From IMG/VR virus record IMGVR_UViG_2667527608_000018: DNA of 5,260 nucleotides. One strand, 5' to 3'. The notes below the pieces were generated by a model that worked only from the letters and a program-made list of their open reading frames with translations, ran no database searches and was not told the origin of the DNA. Positions 1-5,260 of the stretch are shown here, in pieces (within the stretch, counting starts at the first letter, position 1; each line of letters opens with the position of its first letter). The DNA comes from a virus (taxonomy: Duplodnaviria > Heunggongvirae > Uroviricota > Caudoviricetes). The position numbers were made by a program, and so were the translations under genes.

Positions 1-189
1 ATGGAAACGTTATTACCAAACGTTAATACGTCTGAAGGTTGTTTTGAAATTGGTGTCACTATCAGTAACCCTGTATTTACTGAAGATGCCATTAACAAGA
101 GAAAACACGAACGGGAGCTATTAAATAAAATATGCATTCTTTCAATGCTGGCCCGTTTACGTCCGATACAAAAAGGATGCTGGCAATGA
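1..189 (+). CDS. Hypothetical small protein (62 aa); the window starts at its ATG, so it may be full length or the tail of a longer gene
   Basis: Open frame ending at TGA 187-189; its stop overlaps the ATG at 186-188 of the next ORF (ATGA overlap, typical of translational coupling). No motif recognised. Confidence 0.35.
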   Translation: METLLPNVNTSEGCFEIGVTISNPVFTEDAINKRKHERELLNKICILSMLARLRPIQKGCWQ

Positions 190-377
190 ATACAGCATTT
201 GCACTTGTTCTGACAGTTTTTCTTGTTTCCGGAGAGCCAGTTGATATTGCAGTCAGTGTTCACAGGACAATGCAGGAGTGTGTAACTGCAGCAACCGAAC
301 AGAAAATTCCCGGTAACTGTTACCCGGTCGATAAAGTTATTCACCAGGATAATAACGAAATCCCGGCAGGTCTTTAA
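186..377 (+). CDS. Hypothetical small protein (63 aa) with a hydrophobic N-terminus (MNTAFALVLTVFLVSG), possibly a signal peptide or single membrane helix, and two Cys in the C-terminal part
   Basis: ATG at 186 preceded by AAGGA (172-176) at 9-nt spacing; stop TAA 375-377. In-frame alternative starts at 177 and 132 have poorer ribosome-binding-site spacing. Confidence 0.45.
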   Translation: MNTAFALVLTVFLVSGEPVDIAVSVHRTMQECVTAATEQKIPGNCYPVDKVIHQDNNEIPAGL

Positions 378-469
378 AACAGTTCCGTAATAAACATCCG
401 ATTTCATTCTTATATGCCAGCAATGGCAGGGATTTGTTCACCCTTAAATCTGTAATGAGGTAAAACAAA

Positions 470-2341
470 ATGAGTAAAGTCTTTATTTGCGCCGCCATTC
501 CGGACGAACAGGCAATAAAGGAAGAAGGTGCAGTCGCTGTAGCCACTGCCATTGAAGCCGGTGATGAATGTCGCGCCCGCGCAAAATTTCACTGGCAATT
601 CCTGGAACATTATCCGGCTGCTCAGGACTGCGCTTATAAATTTATTGTCTGCGAGGATAAACCTGGCATACCCCGCCCTGCCCTCGATTCATGGGATGCT
701 GAATATATGCAGGAAAACCGCTGGGATGAGGAGTCTGCTTCTTTTGTCCCGGTTGAGACTGAATCCTATCCGATGAACGTCACTTTTGACAAGCTGGCCC
801 CTGAAGTACAGAACGCTGTCATGGTTAAGTTCGACACATGTGAAAACATCACCGTTGATATGGTGATTAGCGCACAGGAATTGTTGCAGGAAGACATGGC
901 AACATTCGACGGACATATCGTTGAAGCGTTGATGAAAATGCCAGAAGTTAACACCATGTATCCGGAGCTTAAGTTGCACGCCATTGGGTGGGTTAAGCAT
1001 AAATGTATTCCTGGTGCTAAATGGCCCGAAATTCAGGCAGAGATGCGCATCTGGAAAAAACGTCGCGAAGGTGAACGCAAGGAAACCGGAAAATACACGT
1101 CTGTTGTTGATCTCGCCCGCGCCAGAGCCAATCAACAGTACACTGAAAATTCAACAGGAAAAATCAGCCCGGTCATTGCTGCCATTCATCGCGAATACAA
1201 GCAGACATGGAAAACACTGGATGACGAACTGGCCTACGCTCTCTGGCCTGGTGATGTGGATGCCGGAAACATTGACGGCAGCATCCATCGCTGGGCAAAA
1301 AATGAAGTTATCGACAACGGCCGCGAAGACTGGAAGCGTATCTCGGCATCAATGCGCAAACAGCCTGATGCCCTTCGCTACGACCGCCAGACTATTTTTG
1401 GCCTTGTCCGTGAACGTCCGATCGACATTCACAAAGATCCCGTAGCACTGAACAAATATATCTGCGAATACCTGACGACAAAGGGCGTGTTTGAGAATGA
1501 AGAAACAGACCTGGGCACTGTTGATGTTCTCCAGTCATCAGAAACACAAACTGATGCAGTGGAAACTGAGGTATCTGATATCCCAAAAAATGAAACCGCG
1601 CCGGAAGCTGAACCATCTGTAGAGCGTGAGGGGCCGTTCTACTTCCTCTTCACCGACAAGGATGGCGAAAAATACGGTCGCGCAAACAAACTTTCTGGTC
1701 TGGATAAGGCGCTGTCTGCTGGGGCTACTGAAATCACGAAAGAAGAATATTTCGCCCGCAAAAACGGTACATACTCAGGTTCACAACAAAATACTGGTGC
1801 ATCTGACACGACCGCACAACCAGGGTCAGTAAAAGTTACCGCTGACGAAGTAAACAAAATTATGCAGGCAGCCAATATCAGCCAGCCTGACGCCGATGAA
1901 CTGCTTGCAGTATCACGTGGTGAATTTGTTGAAGGGATTAGCGACCCGAATGATCCGAAATGGGTTAAGGGGATCCAGACCCGCGATTCTGTGAACCAGA
2001 ACCAGCAAGAAACGGAACAGAACGACCAGAAAGCGGAACAAAACAGCCCAAATACGCAACAAAACGAGCCAGAAACGAAACAACCTGAACCAGTAGTGCA
2101 ACAGGAACCGGAAAAGATCTGCACCGCCTGCGGTCAGAGCGGTGGCGGCAACTGCCCTGATTGTGGAGCGGTAATGGGTGACGCAACCTACCAAGAGACA
2201 TTCAACGAAGAAAGCCAGGATGAAGCCCGGAAAAAAATCCGGAGGAAATGGAAAATGCCGTGCTCCCGAATAAGCAATGCACCGAAGGCGATCAACATGC
2301 CAATGGCAATAATGAAACAGGCGAGACAGCAAATCCCTTAA
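470..2341 (+). CDS. Large hypothetical prophage early-region protein (623 aa) with acidic Q/N/E-rich low-complexity linker and C-terminal CxxC-x7-CxxC zinc-ribbon-like motif; function unknown
   Basis: Uninterrupted 1872-nt ORF; GAGG (457-460) 9 nt upstream of ATG 470; Cys codons at 2120, 2129, 2153 and 2162. It sits upstream of exonuclease-xis-int, the slot occupied by Ea22-like accessory genes in lambda-family phages (recalled synteny, not sequence similarity). Confidence 0.8.
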   Translation: MSKVFICAAIPDEQAIKEEGAVAVATAIEAGDECRARAKFHWQFLEHYPAAQDCAYKFIVCEDKPGIPRPALDSWDAEYMQENRWDEESASFVPVETESYPMNVTFDKLAPEVQNAVMVKFDTCENITVDMVISAQELLQEDMATFDGHIVEALMKMPEVNTMYPELKLHAIGWVKHKCIPGAKWPEIQAEMRIWKKRREGERKETGKYTSVVDLARARANQQYTENSTGKISPVIAAIHREYKQTWKTLDDELAYALWPGDVDAGNIDGSIHRWAKNEVIDNGREDWKRISASMRKQPDALRYDRQTIFGLVRERPIDIHKDPVALNKYICEYLTTKGVFENEETDLGTVDVLQSSETQTDAVETEVSDIPKNETAPEAEPSVEREGPFYFLFTDKDGEKYGRANKLSGLDKALSAGATEITKEEYFARKNGTYSGSQQNTGASDTTAQPGSVKVTADEVNKIMQAANISQPDADELLAVSRGEFVEGISDPNDPKWVKGIQTRDSVNQNQQETEQNDQKAEQNSPNTQQNEPETKQPEPVVQQEPEKICTACGQSGGGNCPDCGAVMGDATYQETFNEESQDEARKKIRRKWKMPCSRISNAPKAINMPMAIMKQARQQIP

Positions 2342-2397
2342 TTACGGTGAACGGTCATCACGTTATCACATCCACCAGCAGGACGTGTGACCATCTA

Positions 2398-2940
2398 ATG
2401 ATCGACCTTAAAACCATGGGAAAAAATCCTGATGCCCCGATTATCTCAATAGGTGCAATATTTTTCGATCCGCAAACCGGAGATATGGGACCGGAATTTA
2501 GTAAGACTATCGATCTGGAAACTGCTGGCGGAGTCATTGATCGGGACACCATTAAACGGTGGCTTAAGCAATCACGCGAAGCGCAATCTGCCATTATGAC
2601 CGATGAAATCCCGTTAGATGATGCACTGTTACAATTGCGGGAATTTATCGACGAAAACTCCGGTGAATTTTTTGTTCAGGTCTGGGGAAATGGAGCCAAC
2701 TTCGACAACACGATTTTGCGCCGTTCATACGAACGGCAGGGGATCCCCTGCCCGTGGCGTTACTACAACGATCGCGATGTACGCACAATCGTTGAGCTGG
2801 GGAAAGCCATAGACTTCGATGCCAGAATGGCTATTCCATTCGAAGGTGAGCGCCATAATGCACTTGATGACGCCCGTTACCAAGCAAAATACGTTTCAGT
2901 TATCTGGCAAAAACTGATCCCGAGTCAGGCTGATTTTTAA
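2398..2940 (+). CDS. DnaQ-like DEDDh 3'-5' exonuclease family protein (prophage exonuclease); start uncertain (in-frame alternatives GTG 2347, ATG 2248)
   Basis: Translation shows Exo I-like MIDLKTMG at the N-terminus, Exo II-like VWGNGANFDNTIL and Exo III-like ERHNALDDARY (H-x4-D). Stop TAA 2938-2940. AGGA at 2380-2383 is 14 nt from ATG 2398, which is weak spacing. Confidence 0.65.
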   Translation: MIDLKTMGKNPDAPIISIGAIFFDPQTGDMGPEFSKTIDLETAGGVIDRDTIKRWLKQSREAQSAIMTDEIPLDDALLQLREFIDENSGEFFVQVWGNGANFDNTILRRSYERQGIPCPWRYYNDRDVRTIVELGKAIDFDARMAIPFEGERHNALDDARYQAKYVSVIWQKLIPSQADF

Positions 2941-2955
2941 TGTTCAACCCTAATT

Positions 2956-2981
2956 GCCGCTAACCGTATATAGTTAGCGGC
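2956..2981. repeat. Perfect 9-bp inverted repeat (GCCGCTAAC / GTTAGCGGC) with 8-nt AT-rich loop in the exonuclease-xis intergenic region; candidate stem-loop or palindromic protein-binding site
   Basis: Read directly: gccgctaac-cgtatata-gttagcggc. There is no downstream U-tract, so it is not a canonical intrinsic terminator. Confidence 0.5.
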
Positions 2982-2998
2982 GGTTATGAGATATAGCT

Positions 2999-3202
2999 AT
3001 GAGTAGCTTATTTTTAACCGAAGATGAATTGCTAATATTAACGGGCTGCAAATATGCAAGCCACCAGCGAAAATGGTTAACGGAAAACGGGCTTCCGTTC
3101 TATACCAATCGTAGTGGCAAACCGATTGTCAGCCGGGATCTATTTACCTGCAATAAAACTTTACCACCACGCGAGGTAGAGCCGAATTTTGGTGCAATCT
3201 GA
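2999..3202 (+). CDS. xis: Small excisionase-like / recombination directionality factor-like protein (67 aa), resembling the DUF4224-type proteins found immediately upstream of prophage integrases
   Basis: Small ORF directly upstream of the integrase; its stop TGA (3200-3202) overlaps the integrase ATG (3202-3204) as TGATG. The N-terminal LTEDELLILTGCK pattern matches my recollection of DUF4224-like proteins. Confidence 0.55.
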   Translation: MSSLFLTEDELLILTGCKYASHQRKWLTENGLPFYTNRSGKPIVSRDLFTCNKTLPPREVEPNFGAI

Positions 3203-4227
3203 TGGGAAGACGAAGGAAAAATCCTGAACACGAAAAACTACCTCCAAATGTATACCCAAATAAATATAGTTATGTATGGAAACCAACATCCAGAGAATCT
3301 GTCACACTAACCGCCATCAAGGATGGTTTAGCTGCTTTATGGAAAAGGTATGAGGAAACTGTAAATAATCGCGATCGCGCAATGACATTCGGTCGCTTGT
3401 GGGAAAAATTCCTCGCCAGCGCCTATTACAGTGACCTCAGTCCAAGAACACAAAAAGATTATCTACAACATCAAAAAAAGTTGCTTGCCGTATTCGGTAA
3501 GGTGCCGGCAGATTCCATAAAACCAGAACACATCCGTCGATACATGGACAAGAGAGGGGAGCAGAGTAAAACGCAAGCCAACCATGAAAAAAGCAGTATG
3601 TCCCGCGTTTACAGTTGGGGGTATGAGCGAGGGTACGTGAAAGGTAACCCATGTGCAGGTGTAAGTAAATTCAAGGCCAAAAACCGCGAACGATATGTAA
3701 CCGACAAAGAATACCAGGCAGTATTAAGCGTTGCACCTCTTCCTGTTTTTATCGCAATGGAAATTGCCTATCTGTGTGCAGCGAGGGTTTCCGATGTGTT
3801 ATCGCTGAAATGGGAGCAGATTGGAAACGACGGAATCTTTATCCAGCAAGGGAAAACAGGAAAAAAACAGATAAAAGCATGGAGTCCACGATTACAGGCG
3901 GCGATCGAAAAAGCAAAACAGTTACCAACATCCGCCTATGTAATCAGTAATCAATACGGCAACCGATATATGTACAAAGGCTTTAACGAAATGTGGGTAG
4001 AAGCAAGAAATCGCGCAGGCAAAATTTCAGGTATTTTAACCGACTTCACCTTTCATGATCTGAAGGCGAAAGGAATTTCAGACTATGAAGGAAGCAGTCG
4101 GGATAAGCAACTTTTCTCTGGTCACAAAACCGAGGGGCAAGTGCTAATCTATGACAGGAAGGTTAAAGTTTCACCGACACTTGATGTCCCGTTACCTGAA
4201 AATATTCCAAGAAAATATTCCAAGTAA
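3202..4227 (+). CDS. int: Tyrosine recombinase, lambda-family phage integrase (341 aa)
   Basis: N-terminal MGRRRKNPEHEKLPPNVY resembles the lambda Int arm-binding N-terminus (MGRRR...LPPNLY). Catalytic-domain landmarks are present: AARVSD (Arg I), QQGKTGKK (beta-hairpin Lys), FHDLK (His plus the position of Arg II), GHK and LIYDR (catalytic Tyr codon 4150-4152). Confidence 0.9.
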   Translation: MGRRRKNPEHEKLPPNVYPNKYSYVWKPTSRESVTLTAIKDGLAALWKRYEETVNNRDRAMTFGRLWEKFLASAYYSDLSPRTQKDYLQHQKKLLAVFGKVPADSIKPEHIRRYMDKRGEQSKTQANHEKSSMSRVYSWGYERGYVKGNPCAGVSKFKAKNRERYVTDKEYQAVLSVAPLPVFIAMEIAYLCAARVSDVLSLKWEQIGNDGIFIQQGKTGKKQIKAWSPRLQAAIEKAKQLPTSAYVISNQYGNRYMYKGFNEMWVEARNRAGKISGILTDFTFHDLKAKGISDYEGSSRDKQLFSGHKTEGQVLIYDRKVKVSPTLDVPLPENIPRKYSK

Positions 4228-4234
4228 TTCCAAG
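4198..4234. repeat. Tandem direct repeats at the integrase 3' end: 13-bp unit GAAAATATTCCAA twice (4198-4210, 4211-4223), with the 8-bp core ATTCCAAG present three times (4204-4211, 4217-4224, 4227-4234); candidate integrase arm-type binding sites
   Basis: Read directly from the sequence. The repeat copies fall in different reading frames of int (encoding ENIP versus KYSK), which argues for conservation at the DNA level rather than the protein level. Confidence 0.5.
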
Positions 4235-4279
4235 TGTGATTTTTGTCACTGACTTAATGATGTATAAGTGATTGAATTT

Positions 4280-4369
4280 TGGCGGAGAGAGGGGGATTTG
4301 AACCCCCGGTGGAGTTGCCCCCACTCCGGTTTTCGAGACCGGTCCGTTCAGCCGCTCCGGCATCTCTCC
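4280..4369 (-). tRNA. serU: tRNA-Ser (anticodon CGA), 90 nt with long variable arm
   Basis: Reverse complement reads GGAGAGATGCCGGAGCGGCTGAACGGACCGGTCTCGAAAACCGGAGTGGGGGCAACTCCACCGGGGGTTCAAATCCCCCTCTCTCCGCCA: 7-bp acceptor stem, anticodon loop CTCGAAA, T-loop GGTTCAAATCC, encoded CCA end. It matches my memory of E. coli serU. Confidence 0.93.
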
Positions 4370-4404
4370 GTTCAGATGGTTGCCATGATGCCAGGAAATT
4401 TGGC

Positions 4405-4413
4405 ATTTTAACA
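4405..4413 (-). promoter_or_regulatory. Possible extended -10 element (TGTTAAAAT on the - strand) for the tRNA-Ser gene, lying in the divergent serU/mtfA intergenic region
   Basis: TGnTAAAAT motif about 35 nt upstream of the tRNA 5' end on the - strand; no good -35 at 17-bp spacing. Pattern match only. Confidence 0.2.
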
Positions 4414-4462
4414 GTCCCTGTCCGTGCAATTTTGTTCAAGTGACGAGTTTGCGAGCAAAACG

Positions 4463-5260
4463 ATGATTAAGTGGCCCTGGAAAGTACAAGAATCAGCACA
4501 TCAAACTGCCCTTCCCTGGCAGGAAGCACTATCGATCCCCCTTTTAACGTGTCTGACGGAACAGGAACAAAGCAAATTAGTCACTCTTGCCGAACGTTTT
4601 TTACAGCAAAAGCGGCTTGTTCCTTTACAGGGCTTTGAACTGGATTCATTAAGAAGCTGCCGGATAGCACTTCTATTTTGCCTACCCGTTCTGGAGTTAG
4701 GACTGGAATGGCTGGATGGTTTTCATGAAGTCTTAATTTATCCTGCGCCATTTGTGGTCGATGATGAATGGGAAGACGATATCGGTCTGGTGCATAACCA
4801 ACGTATTGTTCAGTCAGGTCAGAGCTGGCAGCAAGGGCCTATCGTTTTGAACTGGTTGGATATACAAGATTCTTTTGATGCTTCTGGTTTTAACCTGATT
4901 ATTCATGAAGTCGCTCATAAGCTGGACACCCGTAACGGCGATCGCGCCAGCGGAGTTCCCTTTATTCCGTTGCGTGAGGTTGCTGGCTGGGAACACGATC
5001 TTCATGCTGCAATGAACAACATTCAGGAAGAAATCGAATTGGTTGGCGAGAATGCGGCGAGCATTGATGCTTATGCTGCCAGTGATCCTGCTGAATGTTT
5101 TGCCGTACTTTCTGAATATTTCTTTAGCGCCCCAGAACTTTTTGCTCCTCGTTTCCCTTCATTGTGGCAACGTTTCTGCCAATTTTATCAACAAGATCCT
5201 TTGCAGAGACTGCATCGCACTAATGATACAGACTCGTTTTCGGCGACGAATGTTCATTAA
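4463..5260 (+). CDS. mtfA: MtfA (Mlc titration factor A), zinc-dependent peptidase with HExxH motif (265 aa); host gene
   Basis: Translation from ATG 4463 begins [20 protein letters not shown] and contains [10 protein letters not shown] (HExxH). The length and sequence match my recollection of E. coli MtfA/YeeI, which neighbours serU. The ORF track's upstream ATG at 4424 adds 13 residues and is probably not the true start. Confidence 0.9.

Larger units (their letters stand above)
1..4279. mobile_element. Integrase-proximal end of a lambda-family prophage integrated at tRNA-Ser; the other end lies outside the window and the exact att core is undetermined
   Basis: Gene order (accessory ORFs, DEDDh exonuclease, xis-like, tyrosine integrase) all on one strand and ending within about 50 bp of the 3' end of a tRNA gene whose 3' end faces the integrase; host gene mtfA follows the tRNA. 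Confidence 0.7.

Noticed and set aside
415-428. Small hairpin TGCCA-gcaa-TGGCA downstream of ORF2
   Set aside because: The stem is only 5 bp and there is no following U-tract, so there is not enough evidence for a terminator.
337-610. - strand ORFs 337-552 and 410-610 across the ORF2 / large-ORF intergenic region
   Set aside because: They overlap the ribosome-binding site and start of the large + strand ORF and the end of ORF2, and have no supporting signals; likely spurious.
689-2332. - strand ORFs of 148, 161, 139, 78 and 72 aa (689-1135, 1639-2124, 1913-2332, 1965-2201, 766-984) inside the large + strand ORF
   Set aside because: They are fully embedded antisense to a long, well-supported ORF. 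Their translations are low-complexity (Cys/Phe/Ser/Trp-rich mirror of the Q/E-rich linker) and there are no convincing ribosome-binding sites, so they are treated as shadow ORFs.
552-2812. + strand alternative-frame ORFs 552-776, 984-1445, 1626-1832 and 2618-2812
   Set aside because: They are out-of-frame overlaps within the large ORF or the exonuclease gene, with no independent start signals and implausible sequence composition.
4300-4330. Possible compensatory base-pair difference in the tRNA-Ser variable arm relative to my memory of E. coli K-12 serU (G-C where I recall A-T)
   Set aside because: My recollection of the reference at single-base resolution is not reliable, and the pairing is preserved either way, so no claim is made without an alignment.
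4163-4439. - strand ORFs 4163-4429 and 4254-4439
   Set aside because: They run straight through the tRNA-Ser gene and the int 3' end, so they are artefacts of the open frame across a structured RNA gene.
4424-4462. Upstream extension of mtfA to the ATG at 4424 ([13 protein letters not shown]...)
   Set aside because: The MtfA N-terminus as I recall it begins MIKWPWK (ATG 4463), and the extension would start inside the probable tRNA promoter region. The 4463 start is kept, with moderate uncertainty.
1-5260. CRISPR arrays, IS elements or transposases, rRNA, and known defence-system signatures
   Set aside because: No spaced direct repeats, no terminal inverted repeats flanking a transposase-like ORF, and no recognisable ATPase or nuclease defence motifs were seen on either strand beyond the DEDDh exonuclease homologue.

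Overview
This window appears to be the integrase-proximal end of a lambda-family prophage lying against the 3' end of a tRNA-Ser(CGA) gene (serU-type), followed by the host gene mtfA. All convincing coding is on the + strand: two small, translationally coupled ORFs (1-189 and 186-377); a 623-aa protein of unknown function with an acidic Q/N/E-rich linker and a C-terminal CxxC...CxxC zinc-ribbon-like motif (470-2341); a DnaQ-like DEDDh 3'-5' exonuclease homologue (about 2398-2940); a small excisionase-like gene (2999-3202) overlapping by 1 nt the start of a tyrosine integrase (3202-4227); then the tRNA on the - strand (4280-4369) and mtfA (4463-5260). I could not recognise any known defence system. 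The most interesting material is the unassigned large protein and its reading-frame relationship to the exonuclease, apparent substitutions at catalytic positions in both the exonuclease (DxE to DxK) and the integrase (Arg to Lys), and DNA-level direct repeats at the integrase 3' end that look like arm-type sites. All homology statements come from recalled family motifs and reading the sequence, not from a database search.
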